DNA of 64,000 bases from a virus. Its lineage: Duplodnaviria > Heunggongvirae > Uroviricota > Caudoviricetes. Position numbers and translations under genes: made by a program. The notes below the pieces were generated by a model that was not told the origin of the DNA, made no database searches, and saw nothing but the letters and a program-made list of their open reading frames with translations. The stretch is from positions 35,473 to 99,472 of IMG/VR virus record IMGVR_UViG_3300023181_000027, one strand, 5' to 3'. Positions 1 to 9,945 of this stretch are shown here, in pieces (the first letter of the stretch is position 1; every line of letters starts with the position of its first letter).

Positions 1-576
1 ACCACCATCCATGTACTTATCAATATCTTCAATGATGGTAATAATAGGACGGTGAGGTTCTACCACTCTTAAGTGAGAGTTCGCAAACTCTACAAACCAG
101 AAGAACTCCGTTTGATTAGCTATAGTAAATACTAAACCGCCATTCTTGATAAGCGCCAAGCAAAGTAGATTCTTAATACTGGTTTTACCTGTACCAGGGT
201 GGCCATATAACATCAATCCACGTTTGTGTTTCAGTTTATACTTTTCAAATTTGTCTGCCTTCTCCCAGAAACTAGCCACCTCTTTGATAATCTCATTAAT
301 GTGGTTATTAGGTAAATAATACAGTTCATCCGTTTCTGGATCAACCTTTTGCGCATGAGTTGCACCACGGGAATCTTGGAAAACGGCATACATGCCAGCC
401 TCCATTTTGTCTACAATGTTACTATCGGAACAGCTACTATAAACATCATCAGAGCTTTTAAGCCACTTCATGTTCTCCTCATCTTCATCTTCATCTCTAC
501 GTTCACCCAATCTATGAGGGTTACTTAAATCCAGCAGAAAGCTGAATATACTGTCATTTTGTGCTTCTTCACTCAT
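1..576 (-). CDS. AAA+ family ATPase, N-terminal part (gene runs off the window start)
   Basis: Minus-strand ATG at 574-576 (MSEEAQNDSIF...). The frame is open to position 1. Walker A GLMLYGHPGTGKTS is typical of classic AAA ATPases. Confidence 0.55.
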   Translation of the reverse strand, partial: MSEEAQNDSIFSFLLDLSNPHRLGERRDEDEDEENMKWLKSSDDVYSSCSDSNIVDKMEAGMYAVFQDSRGATHAQKVDPETDELYYLPNNHINEIIKEVASFWEKADKFEKYKLKHKRGLMLYGHPGTGKTSIKNLLCLALIKNGGLVFTIANQTEFFWFVEFANSHLRVVEPHRPIITIIEDIDKYMDGG

Positions 577-586
577 CGTTTGTTTA

Positions 587-1006
587 TTAAAACGGGATCC
601 AACTGTCAAATATTCGTTTCACTTCTGCAATAACTGACTCCTTAGAGTCTAAGCCAAACGTACGGAACTTACTACCATATGTGAGAAACATCTCACACAT
701 TAAGCACACACGCTCTCTCACAAAAGTATCATTCTTACCAGTTGGTTCACCTAGTATAGCTTTCACTATCTCACGGGGACCTGCTAATGGATTCTTCTTC
801 CTTGCGGAAAGTACAAACGCATTGATTAAACTAACCACTGTTAAGAGATCTTCTCCCACAATAGTTGTTCCATCCAAACCAACATTAGAAGTGAGATAAT
901 CTCTCTTCTGTTCATACGTTGGTTGAACGTACCTGGTCTTGTCCCCTTCTAACCCTAACCAATCATGTATTAGGTCGATTTCACCTCTCTCTTCTAATTC
1001 TTCCAT
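587..1006 (-). CDS. hypothetical protein (139 aa)
   Basis: Track ORF, tightly packed with its neighbours. No recognisable motif. Confidence 0.5.
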   Translation of the reverse strand: MEELEERGEIDLIHDWLGLEGDKTRYVQPTYEQKRDYLTSNVGLDGTTIVGEDLLTVVSLINAFVLSARKKNPLAGPREIVKAILGEPTGKNDTFVRERVCLMCEMFLTYGSKFRTFGLDSKESVIAEVKRIFDSWIPF

Positions 1007-1007
1007 A

Positions 1008-2123
1008 TTATATCGATGTAATAGTTTTTAAGTTAATGTCAGTGAAAGTATCAAAGCCATGAACCTTATGGAAGGCTAACCTCTTCAATAGAGTGGTAAA
1101 CTCGAAGTCACCTTTACTCAACCATTGTGGTCCGACAGCAAACACATGTGATAGATAAGGAGCGTTAGTCTCCACGACTAGCATGTTAACATTAAACGTC
1201 CAACTATCATCAAAGCCATACTCGTGTTCAGCATAACTTTTTAAAATGAAGGCGTACATAGCCATTTGTCGATAGTAGTGAAACTTTTGAAAGCTACCTT
1301 CAGCTCTCTTAGTGTACACATTACCATCAAGACCTCCCACTTCAAATGTCGTACCAGCAAAGGTGGCAATTGAAGCACCAGTTGTTTTCAAGTCATTTAG
1401 GGTGAGTATTTTATTCTCTACATCAACAGACCAGTTGTCTATTTTAGCTTTTAGAGAGAACACTATAACTTCATCGTCAAACTTATCAGGATTCGGTGAA
1501 TCCATACTCGCTTGCACTTGCATTGTCATTACATCCTCGTTATAACTTGGGCATCCTGGTTCAAGTAGTTTCATGATCAGTTGATTCTCAGTCACACTTT
1601 TCAAGCAAGCATTAAGTTTTACGTTCTGCTCACTAGTCAATGTAATACAACCGATACACTCACTCACTGCTTTTAAGTGTTCAAGATATACTTTGCCAGC
1701 TTCCAACACATTATCAATACGTTTCTGTGTCAGATTACTGGTATAATAATCACACTCTTTACAAGCTAAGAGTATAGCTTTGTCTGGGCTATATTCTTCA
1801 CTTAGAAGTCTATGGTAACTTTCCATGACTTGTGCAACCTTCCCGGCTGGTTTCTCTACGTCATTAACGTAGTACTTCCCCTTCTCAAGGATCATTTGAT
1901 GTACTGCAGAGCCAAGCTCTAGAGCAGCACCGTTCATACCTCCAGTGTATCCTGTTAGGAACTTGGTTGGCGAACCTCCCTCTTCAGGGTTTATAAGCTT
2001 CAGTAAAGAATTTGACACATAGTCTTTATACTTTGGGCCAAAGTAATCAGCATCGCTTACATTGTCTAATCTAGTTGTTGTTTCTGTCCTGTATTTTAAT
2101 TTGATTTGATTCAGGTTGTACAT
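1008..2123 (-). CDS. putative PD-(D/E)xK family nuclease (RecB/YqaJ/Cas4-like)
   Basis: 371-aa ORF. A D...E-x-K-like segment (WSVDVENKILTLNDLKTTG) is followed by a QxxxY motif (FHYYRQMAMY), as in RecB-fold exonucleases. No significant similarity was computed. Confidence 0.35.
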   Translation of the reverse strand: MYNLNQIKLKYRTETTTRLDNVSDADYFGPKYKDYVSNSLLKLINPEEGGSPTKFLTGYTGGMNGAALELGSAVHQMILEKGKYYVNDVEKPAGKVAQVMESYHRLLSEEYSPDKAILLACKECDYYTSNLTQKRIDNVLEAGKVYLEHLKAVSECIGCITLTSEQNVKLNACLKSVTENQLIMKLLEPGCPSYNEDVMTMQVQASMDSPNPDKFDDEVIVFSLKAKIDNWSVDVENKILTLNDLKTTGASIATFAGTTFEVGGLDGNVYTKRAEGSFQKFHYYRQMAMYAFILKSYAEHEYGFDDSWTFNVNMLVVETNAPYLSHVFAVGPQWLSKGDFEFTTLLKRLAFHKVHGFDTFTDINLKTITSI

Positions 2124-2155
2124 TCATGTTACATAAACATGTTTAAGTGTACAGA

Positions 2156-2311
2156 TTAATCATCATCTTCATCGTAATTGTACGGCATCCAATTAGACTC
2201 GCGATCTATTAGATGTGTTTCTACAAATGAAAGATGATCGTCTTTGCGGTCATTTTTATAGGCATGGTAAGCCTCGGTGGATTGAAGTTCATTGCTAAGA
2301 ACTTGTGTCAT
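2156..2311 (-). CDS. small acidic protein (51 aa), unannotated in the ORF track
   Basis: Hand translation of the minus strand gives MTQVLSNELQSTEAYHAYKNDRKDDHLSFVETHLIDRESNWMPYNYDEDDD*. It fills the 250-nt gap between two genes. Confidence 0.3.
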   Translation of the reverse strand: MTQVLSNELQSTEAYHAYKNDRKDDHLSFVETHLIDRESNWMPYNYDEDDD

Positions 2312-2333
2312 TCTGTAATTAAACATAGTGGTA

Positions 2334-2366
2334 AATTAAAAAAGGGTGACCGTTTCCAGCCACCCT
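2334..2366 (-). terminator. rho-independent terminator-like hairpin
   Basis: In the minus sense, GGGTG...CACCC forms a GC-rich stem followed by TTTTTT. It lies 10 nt downstream of the stop of gene 2376..3515. Confidence 0.5.
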
Positions 2367-2375
2367 AAGTGTGTA

Positions 2376-3515
2376 TTACAATGCTGATAATTCAGCTGTC
2401 TTTGTTTTGATTTTTGCAATCTTCTCTTCGCCAGCAGCAACTGCTTCAGCCAACATTTCTTTCCATTGCTCATTAGATCTCTCTAAATAAGTGGACTCGT
2501 TGTACCTACTTCTGTTTGCAGCAAACAGTGCAGAGTGTGCAAAGTATTCAAGAACACGGATGGCTCCGTCACCGTTGTCTGTAAACGCTCCAATGTGCAT
2601 TGGGTTTACGAAACAGTTTAACAGCAACCTATCGTTACCACCATATCCTTCGATGTATTTCTGACCACCCAAGTGTAAACCTGGAAGACCAGCAGATCCA
2701 TCACTGCAATTAACATTATCCCAAGATGGTAATCTCATTACTTGACCAACTTTAACTCTGTGACCAAGCTCAGAACCAGCGTAGAAGGCATCACCTCTAT
2801 CACCCATGATAGGTGGAATCAGAGAGTAATCTTCTGCTTTCTCAGGCAGGTTAACTGTTGCTTCACCTGTCTCAGCGTCATAAGTTACTTCATAACGGTT
2901 GATTTTCTCACCAGTGGCGGTGTCGAACTTTTTGTAAACGATGTTTACATATTTATAAGTCTGGATTAAACCATTCTTAGTGATACTCACGTCATTGAAA
3001 GTTGACAACTCAGTCGCTTTCGCAGAGGTGTAACCTTCTTTAACAAGCTCAGAGTATTTCTTTTTATCTACGTAAGTAGTTGTGATATACTTAGCGAACA
3101 TTTCGGCTTTCCTTGCGGTCAGCTTAGGGTTCTTAAGCAACCATCCCCACGCTTTGATATACGGTGCAGTAGGCATATTCTTTTCAGTTGCCTCTACAAT
3201 GTAATCAGCAAGTGCTTTTGGTAGCGGTACAGTACTGGTGAAACCATTAGAGTGCAGGAAGAACTTTTGTGACTTGTCGTCAAACTTCAAGTGCTCGCCA
3301 TACGCTTTAAAAGTATCCTCTTCAACTCTAGTTGAGATCACTTCTTTCGCTTGGTCTAAGATAGATTGCGCTTCCTCAACGGTTTCCGCGACATCAAATT
3401 TAGTTTCCAATTCAGTTAATCTCTTTTGAATCTCCTCGTTATAAACGATAGAATACTTTTCATTTCCGATAACACCAGATAATACTGTGTTTAATTTGTT
3501 TACTGTAAGTTGCAT
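2376..3515 (-). CDS. hypothetical protein (379 aa)
   Basis: Track ORF. Gly-rich segments, but no confidently recognisable motif. Confidence 0.5.
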   Translation of the reverse strand: MQLTVNKLNTVLSGVIGNEKYSIVYNEEIQKRLTELETKFDVAETVEEAQSILDQAKEVISTRVEEDTFKAYGEHLKFDDKSQKFFLHSNGFTSTVPLPKALADYIVEATEKNMPTAPYIKAWGWLLKNPKLTARKAEMFAKYITTTYVDKKKYSELVKEGYTSAKATELSTFNDVSITKNGLIQTYKYVNIVYKKFDTATGEKINRYEVTYDAETGEATVNLPEKAEDYSLIPPIMGDRGDAFYAGSELGHRVKVGQVMRLPSWDNVNCSDGSAGLPGLHLGGQKYIEGYGGNDRLLLNCFVNPMHIGAFTDNGDGAIRVLEYFAHSALFAANRSRYNESTYLERSNEQWKEMLAEAVAAGEEKIAKIKTKTAELSAL

Positions 3516-3528
3516 TTATTTATTTATT

Positions 3529-6357
3529 TTATTTCTTATTCAATCCCTCGTACTCATACTCTAGTTGATCTTTCTTGCTTTCTAGTATAACTTTAATTTC
3601 ACTGCTCAGATCGCTATCTAGCACCCTACTATAAGGGTCTTGTAACGGTCCAATATGGTTGAAGATACAACCATATACATCAGCAAATGCGGCCAACTTC
3701 TTCGCTTCTTCAAACATTTCAATATCGATTAATTCGATACCAGTGATGTCCTTGTCAATAGTCTTATCAAACGCTTCATCGATTAAATCCTGAATTGCTT
3801 CGGGGTCTAAAGAAGGGTTTTCAAGAATAATGAGTTGTATCTCATAATGCTTGTTCAAGAAGTCTACATACTTGTTTCCACCTGGCACGGTTTCCTTCGT
3901 AAAGGCTCTACCGTTACCGTGTTGAGTGACAAATTTAGTCAGCTTCTCGAAGCTCTCTCCTATACTAGGATTAAGTTGGTTAAAGTTACGCATAAAATTG
4001 CACTTTCTAGCAATCAATTTTGTAATAATTCTAGAAGTAAATACCTTCCTTATAGCATCATTACCTTTAAGTATACCGTTTTCAACCCCTAATAAATAGT
4101 CTGCAAGCGGTGTTGCCTCTTTAACATACCTTAAGTTAGTTTTAGCTACCTTAAGTATTTTTACTGAGTCATTCCAATAATAGTACTCACCTTTTGTAGC
4201 TGTTCGATCACCATATTGTGTAAGGTTATACAAACAGTTAACAGCGGCCAGATCATCATCACTAGCCAAGACGATTTTACAATTGTCAAAGTCTAACTCA
4301 CCGCCTTTCACCTCGCATCGATCCCAAGCGATCGTATTTTGATAGCTACTAGCATACTTGTTTTTGAGTTTACTTGCTATAAAAGCTTTCTCCTCTCTTC
4401 TCCTTTTAAGTAAGGCCTTGTACTCACGTTTACGTTGTTCCTCGTAATCCTCTTCACTTGTATCTTGCACTTCAGTGTCTTCATCCTCCTCATCGGTATC
4501 AGAAATCTTAAAGCTGTCAGGCACAATAGCTTCAGTGTACAGGCCAACTTGTGCGCTACCCACTCCTTGCATTAAGTAGTTTACAAGTTCAGTCGCTTTC
4601 TCTAACTGTTTCTTAATGTTCTCAATTTTCTTCTCGTCAGTTTCAACAGAGTCCACCTCTGCATTCAGTTTAGTTTTGAACTCCTCTAAGCTCAATTTCT
4701 TCTGTACGAACTCATGAAATATGGGTTCTAGATAACTTAATGACGAAGAAGTACGGAAAACACAGAAACCACCCTCTCTTTCGTGCTGTCCAGCAAGATA
4801 GTGGGTTACACGGTTATTACCCGCTCCAAACTGAAAATACAAAGGTTTGTCAAATCCCAGAACGTTAGTGTTATCAGTTCTGTTTATTTTCTTACTCTGT
4901 TTCCTTGACCAACTGTTACCACGCTCTATTTGAACGTGTTGCATCGCTAACACTGGAGTGAGGAATCCCTTCACATCACTGGTGTATTTGATCTCAGTGT
5001 CTTTAAAGTTTGGTTGTAGTGAAGTTGAGTCTGTAAGTTGAGACATCCTAGCTACCACGTCATTCGAATTTGAATTTGTGGTGTAAAGAATCTTATTACA
5101 GGCTCTCACCCAGTCTACAAGAACAGTTTGCTTCAACTCTTTCTGAATCTTAGCTTCTACTGTACGAGCAACACTCGCATATTTAGCTATGATAGCTTGA
5201 GTGGTTTTCGGAGTGTATCGAACACTCTCCCTTGATGGAACCACATCCAAGTCTTCCATATTGAATTTAATTCCAATATTACCATGCTTAACTTGTAAGT
5301 CAGCCTCATTAAAGTCGATCAATCCATAACTGACATTCTTGATCACAAAGTGTGGTCTTGAATAATAACCGTAATCAGAGAGAACAAGATCATTGTCTTC
5401 ATAAATAGGTGCAGCTTTGAACGGCACGTCTTGTTTGCGGCCATTTACATCAATATCTGTAAAAGTAATATCCGACTTCAGATACATTAGTTGGCTACGT
5501 ACAGCCTCAAAGTATTGATGACGATTATGTTTCTTTACTTCCATGGTGAGCTCAGTACCGTTCTTTTCAGTGGTATCTTTGTAGTACGCTTTATAAGGTA
5601 CCATTCTTGTCCCACTAACCTGAACTTCTATAGTCTCTCCATCAGGTTGAACTTGTGTTTGCATCTCAGTGAACTTCTCTGAAACCAATACACTACTAAA
5701 CTCAACCCACTTGTTAGCCTTGCCATCATCACCCCATTTACCGTATACACAGTCAACTTTATGCGAATAGATATCAAAACAAAACTCTTTCCCATTGTAA
5801 CGAGTTAGTATTCTGTAACTCTCAACACCTGTCGCTAATGGTGATTTAGCACCTAAACCAAATCCTCCAAGCTCATTGGTATTCAACCTCTTAGAACTGT
5901 AACCAAGAGAGAAGAATCCCTCTAATCTTTTACCACCTAACCCTACACCAGGGTCAATGATTTTAAAGATATCACGTTTAGTTTGCTCACTAGTATAATA
6001 CTCCAATTTAACAGTATCTGTATCACTTAACCACTGTAGATCGTAATAATCTGGGTTAAACTCACTGTCCTGGTAAATATCGTCTTCATCTTTTGAGATC
6101 TTATCCTTCACGTCTTCACGTGTCAGATAGAAATCACTTACTTTAGCTTCACCGCTCTTTATCTTTTTCGCCGTTATCTTCTCTTTTACAGCATCAACTG
6201 CGTTACTAACACATTCTCGAACAGCACTTTGTATCGGTTTCTGATACATCAACGCTTGTAAATTGTCTAACATCATTGTACGCGCACTAGCGTGTATACC
6301 TTTGTCGAAACCACTCGTATTGTTCGAGACTGTCTGGTTACTATCTAAAACTGCCAT
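3529..6357 (-). CDS. GHKL (Bergerat-fold) ATPase, Hsp90/MORC-like, 942 aa
   Basis: N-box-like RECVSNAVDAV (compare Hsp90 ELISNASDA), G1-box DPGVGLG and G2-box GGFGLGAKS lie in the N-terminal 250 aa. There is a long acidic linker (DTDEEDEDTEVQDTSEEDYEE). Confidence 0.55.
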   Translation of the reverse strand: MAVLDSNQTVSNNTSGFDKGIHASARTMMLDNLQALMYQKPIQSAVRECVSNAVDAVKEKITAKKIKSGEAKVSDFYLTREDVKDKISKDEDDIYQDSEFNPDYYDLQWLSDTDTVKLEYYTSEQTKRDIFKIIDPGVGLGGKRLEGFFSLGYSSKRLNTNELGGFGLGAKSPLATGVESYRILTRYNGKEFCFDIYSHKVDCVYGKWGDDGKANKWVEFSSVLVSEKFTEMQTQVQPDGETIEVQVSGTRMVPYKAYYKDTTEKNGTELTMEVKKHNRHQYFEAVRSQLMYLKSDITFTDIDVNGRKQDVPFKAAPIYEDNDLVLSDYGYYSRPHFVIKNVSYGLIDFNEADLQVKHGNIGIKFNMEDLDVVPSRESVRYTPKTTQAIIAKYASVARTVEAKIQKELKQTVLVDWVRACNKILYTTNSNSNDVVARMSQLTDSTSLQPNFKDTEIKYTSDVKGFLTPVLAMQHVQIERGNSWSRKQSKKINRTDNTNVLGFDKPLYFQFGAGNNRVTHYLAGQHEREGGFCVFRTSSSLSYLEPIFHEFVQKKLSLEEFKTKLNAEVDSVETDEKKIENIKKQLEKATELVNYLMQGVGSAQVGLYTEAIVPDSFKISDTDEEDEDTEVQDTSEEDYEEQRKREYKALLKRRREEKAFIASKLKNKYASSYQNTIAWDRCEVKGGELDFDNCKIVLASDDDLAAVNCLYNLTQYGDRTATKGEYYYWNDSVKILKVAKTNLRYVKEATPLADYLLGVENGILKGNDAIRKVFTSRIITKLIARKCNFMRNFNQLNPSIGESFEKLTKFVTQHGNGRAFTKETVPGGNKYVDFLNKHYEIQLIILENPSLDPEAIQDLIDEAFDKTIDKDITGIELIDIEMFEEAKKLAAFADVYGCIFNHIGPLQDPYSRVLDSDLSSEIKVILESKKDQLEYEYEGLNKK

Positions 6358-6366
6358 TTCTTATTC

Positions 6367-6696
6367 TTAACTATCACTTAATCCTCTCGCTTCATCTTCC
6401 AATCTGTTAAGTATAATCAGATCCTTCATTAATTCACTAATCGCCTCTGCTTCCATACGTGCAGCATGATCCTGTACCTCACTAAATAACAGCTTTCTTT
6501 CGTGTGATATGAAATTTAACACACGGTGGATTCTACCATCATAGAGTGGCGGTAACATAACCACTTCATTTTTCTTACCATAAGAAGGAAAACCATCTCT
6601 AGTATCAACTACGTCTTTCGGCACAGCTTTACCACGATAACGCTCTTCTTCTAAAGAAGAAAATACAGGCTTATCGCCATCGCTACTTCCACTCAT
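6367..6696 (-). CDS. hypothetical protein (109 aa)
   Basis: Track ORF with a 4-nt overlap with the downstream gene. Confidence 0.45.
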   Translation of the reverse strand: MSGSSDGDKPVFSSLEEERYRGKAVPKDVVDTRDGFPSYGKKNEVVMLPPLYDGRIHRVLNFISHERKLLFSEVQDHAARMEAEAISELMKDLIILNRLEDEARGLSDS

Positions 6697-7520
6697 CGTA
6701 CAATGTTTCTAAGTTTCAACTCCTTAATCCTTCTATAACCGACATCATAGAACTGATTGTGTGTTGCATCCATTAAGAATGTACAGATACCAGCCCTCAT
6801 CGCTTCAGAGAAATTCTCAAATCTGTCATCAATGAAGATGTCAGTTCCAAGTTTCTTAAGTTCTTCAACTTTACTTGCCCCAAAAGGCACGTGAATCACC
6901 GGCCGGCATGGAAGACCATTCTTCTCCAACCATTCTTCAGTCCATTCAACTGGAATACCTCTGCTACTCACATAAGCGTGAGGAATGAAATCAGGCTTTC
7001 TAAGCAGGGGTAACCCTGTCCAGAACTCTTTATCGGCTGATAACTTTTTAAGCTCCTCACCGGTCTTATATTCGCTATCCCAGTAGTTTGCTGCTAACTT
7101 GTGACCAGTGTAAGCTCGGTAACCCCCGGCCCAATCACAAACCACTTCATCAACATCTAAGACCACTTTACGTTGATTCAGATATGGTTTATACCTATCA
7201 TCAAATTGTGGGTTGGAACGATAGTAATCAATTAAGAACATGGCATTTACAGCCACATGGGCCATATGATAGATACCACTTTCTGGGTCGAAGTCTTCAC
7301 AATCCTTATAGGCCATTAAATGCCTTTGTAAACTTGCTTCAACTTCACTCCATGGCATACCTTTACGCCAGTTGTTTGGTGCGTACTTTAACGCGCCCTT
7401 TGTCATAACCTTACCTATTTGCTCAAGGGCATACTCGGGAATCAATTGTAATTGATTCTTACCAGTATTGAACCTATCGCCTCTAGCTAACTCCTGCTGT
7501 TTCTCTCTCTCTTCTGACAT
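6693..7520 (-). CDS. putative nucleotide-processing enzyme: N-terminal all-alpha NTP-pyrophosphohydrolase-like domain fused to a HAD 5'(3')-deoxyribonucleotidase-like domain
   Basis: The C-terminal half has a DxDxV HAD motif (VVLDVDEVVCDW), as in 5'(3')-deoxyribonucleotidases. The N-terminal half (KYAPNNWRKGMPWSEV) resembles phage dNTP pyrophosphohydrolase-like modules. Assignment is by motif only. Confidence 0.4.
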   Translation of the reverse strand: MSEEREKQQELARGDRFNTGKNQLQLIPEYALEQIGKVMTKGALKYAPNNWRKGMPWSEVEASLQRHLMAYKDCEDFDPESGIYHMAHVAVNAMFLIDYYRSNPQFDDRYKPYLNQRKVVLDVDEVVCDWAGGYRAYTGHKLAANYWDSEYKTGEELKKLSADKEFWTGLPLLRKPDFIPHAYVSSRGIPVEWTEEWLEKNGLPCRPVIHVPFGASKVEELKKLGTDIFIDDRFENFSEAMRAGICTFLMDATHNQFYDVGYRRIKELKLRNIVR

Positions 7521-7530
7521 CTTTTTTATT

Positions 7531-7983
7531 TTAACTGAATCCCTCAGTTAGCACTTCATGTACTTTTACAGCTGTTTCTATTGGTAATCTAGAATTACGG
7601 TTTCCCGCAATATTAAACACCTTATAACCTTCAGCAATAAGAGTTTTGATTTGCTCCACTGTAGGGTTTGTAACCAACCTTTTAAAGTGGCTACGGCAAT
7701 AATTCTTTGCTGCAATGCTTCCTGGGCTGCTAACATCCCCGAACAACAAAGTAATATCACTATTCATTATGTTCATCTCGGTACGTGGATTATATTCGCT
7801 ACTGTTGTGCTCCATTAATCCATATATTGTTTTTAATGCCATACAAGGGCCAGTTTCAGTACGATAACCTCTTGGCGCACAGCCTCCTGTTTCAATACCT
7901 AAATCCTTAGCCACTGCCAATCCTATTTGATCGACACCTGTTTGACCTCCGCTGATGATTTTCATCGTGTTCTCACCCAACAT
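7531..7983 (-). CDS. SLOG-family Rossmann protein (YpsA / MoCo-carrier-like)
   Basis: N-terminal motif KIISGGQTGVDQIGLAVAKDLGIETGG matches the GGQTGxD signature of the YpsA/SLOG clade. Confidence 0.5.
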   Translation of the reverse strand: MLGENTMKIISGGQTGVDQIGLAVAKDLGIETGGCAPRGYRTETGPCMALKTIYGLMEHNSSEYNPRTEMNIMNSDITLLFGDVSSPGSIAAKNYCRSHFKRLVTNPTVEQIKTLIAEGYKVFNIAGNRNSRLPIETAVKVHEVLTEGFS

Positions 7984-8055
7984 TCATAACATAAATCGCT
8001 ACCGTCTTTGCCACAGTAACGACAACTTCTACTATTTACAAGTTGATATTTCATT

Positions 8056-8427
8056 TTAATATAACCTTAATCGTTTAGTAATCTTATCGATCTCTTCTGC
8101 ATAACAAGGTCCTATAGCTCCACATGTAACAGTTGGTTCAGTAAATTCGGTACGGCCTTCATCAGTAATTCTACTCAGCGGTAAGCCTAACTCTTTTGCT
8201 TTGTCAATTACCTTGTCTAATTCAGCTAACGATTTACAAGCTAAGACTATTTTTGTAATCCCAGTTTGCTCCCACTCACTTTTTATGTCCATACAGGCGG
8301 ATAGACCATATTTGGCTTCCCAATATAAATCTTCCAAAGCCAACTGACTAGCATGAGCACCTTGAGCAATAGCTTTCCCCATTGACATTTCAATATCCTT
8401 TCGGACAATTATTACTTGTTTTACCAT
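8056..8427 (-). CDS. pth2: peptidyl-tRNA hydrolase, PTH2 family
   Basis: Collinear motifs GKAIAQGAHAS ... WE..GQ.K.V... GLP...ITDEGRTEF...TVTCGAIGP match the archaeal/eukaryotic PTH2 family (compare human PTRH2 ...[20 protein letters not shown]). Confidence 0.8.
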   Translation of the reverse strand: MVKQVIIVRKDIEMSMGKAIAQGAHASQLALEDLYWEAKYGLSACMDIKSEWEQTGITKIVLACKSLAELDKVIDKAKELGLPLSRITDEGRTEFTEPTVTCGAIGPCYAEEIDKITKRLRLY

Positions 8428-8464
8428 CTTGTTTTAAATAGAAAAAGCTAACATTTCTGCTAGC

Positions 8465-8854
8465 TTATAATACGCGTATATACACGCCTGGGTTTTCTTT
8501 ATCATATTGAAAGTCTCCGAATGAGGGTTTTAGGAAATTGGAATTATCATCCTCTATCCAACCAGCTTTTACCATTAGATCTTGTACAGTCTGACAAGGG
8601 TTGATGTAATCAAATCTTCTCCTACTGTCTCGAACAAAGGTGAATTCAACGTTATAAGGCGCTGTCTTACCTTTAATCATGGCTAAGAATTTCTTCTTAT
8701 TTTCTGGATCACTCCATTCATCTTTACTTGCTTTATAATATTTCTGACATGACTTACTAGCCACGCTTCTTCTGCCGGTCCACTGACGTCCATTCTTACT
8801 TGATGCGACGTTGCCTTTGATAAAAATTGCATTCTTCATATCACTAAGATACAA
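8465..8854 (-). CDS. hypothetical protein (129 aa)
   Basis: Track ORF. Confidence 0.45.
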   Translation of the reverse strand: MYLSDMKNAIFIKGNVASSKNGRQWTGRRSVASKSCQKYYKASKDEWSDPENKKKFLAMIKGKTAPYNVEFTFVRDSRRRFDYINPCQTVQDLMVKAGWIEDDNSNFLKPSFGDFQYDKENPGVYIRVL

Positions 8855-8858
8855 AGAA

Positions 8859-9893
8859 TTACCCAGCTTTACAATACTTCAGTTGTCTATCGAACTCACC
8901 AGCTAAGACGAGTTGTTCTAGCTTCTTAATATACTTCTGGGCTTTATCAAAACCATACTTCTTAACAAAGTCGCTTACATCTTTACCATACTTCTTCTTG
9001 TCTACAAAAGATAGACAAATACTAGGATACCTACGTCTAGACTGAAGCATGAACAACTGCCCTGCTCCATCCCAGTCACCGTTAAAGATCACCCTTTTAA
9101 AGCGTTTGGCTAAAGCAGCATATTGTCTGCTAGTAATAATCACACTTTCAGCTTGTGGGGCAATGGCAGCTACACCCATCTCATGTAAGACCATTACGTC
9201 CTTTAATGATTTGGTTACAACTACTATGTCACCACTTTTTGGAAGTTGTTTAACGCCTTGCAACTTGTTAGTGTTGAGTAAGAATCTATACTTCCTTTTA
9301 AGTGGAAAGTACATTTTCCAAAGCTCTCTACCTTCTTCTTTACCGTAGTAATAACCATAAATTGGATTGGCTGTAGTGGCGGTATAGGCAAAATTACCAT
9401 TCAAGAACACGTTCTTTACAGAATGTACATCATACTTCTTTAGTGTGGCTTCTGTGATACCAAAAGCATTCCACCATTTCAGTTGTTCTTCTGGCCAAGG
9501 ACGAATTTCAGCTTGAATCAATGTGCCAGTACGTTCAGTGATCTTCTCACCTTTGTATTCAACAGCGGCAGAGTTCTTACTGTAGTGTGGCTTATTAATG
9601 ATTCCAAAGTCATTAGCAATAATGTTTAGTGCTTTAACATAAGTGACATCAAATTTGGCAATAACGACATCCACGAAGTTAGCGTGAAAGTTAGTTTTCC
9701 AATCCTTAAATATCAACTCACCATTCTTCGCTCTATAGAACGAAGCTGTTGGCTGTTTATCATCTCTGAGTGGGTTGCAATGCATTTCTTTATCAGGAGT
9801 AACCCCAAGATAGAACGACATATACTCTTCCTCACTTTTATTGTTAAGTAATAACTCTTTGGTTATTTTCGTCGGTGTTAGTGAAAATTGCAT
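8859..9893 (-). CDS. DnaG-type DNA primase (zinc-binding plus TOPRIM)
   Basis: Zinc-ribbon-like HCNPLRDDKQPTASF (compare DnaG CPFHxEKTPSF). The TOPRIM-like region has VVVTKSLKDVMVL and the acidic motif FNGDWDGAG. Confidence 0.55.
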   Translation of the reverse strand: MQFSLTPTKITKELLLNNKSEEEYMSFYLGVTPDKEMHCNPLRDDKQPTASFYRAKNGELIFKDWKTNFHANFVDVVIAKFDVTYVKALNIIANDFGIINKPHYSKNSAAVEYKGEKITERTGTLIQAEIRPWPEEQLKWWNAFGITEATLKKYDVHSVKNVFLNGNFAYTATTANPIYGYYYGKEEGRELWKMYFPLKRKYRFLLNTNKLQGVKQLPKSGDIVVVTKSLKDVMVLHEMGVAAIAPQAESVIITSRQYAALAKRFKRVIFNGDWDGAGQLFMLQSRRRYPSICLSFVDKKKYGKDVSDFVKKYGFDKAQKYIKKLEQLVLAGEFDRQLKYCKAG

Positions 9894-9945
9894 GTTGTAT
9901 GTAAAGCAAATAGCATCGACATAATGTCGATGCTATTGTCAATGC

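Noticed and set aside
8056-8427. Calling 8056..8427 a bacterial-type Pth
   Set aside because: The motifs match the PTH2 (archaeal/eukaryotic) family, not bacterial Pth (which has the His20-centred motif).
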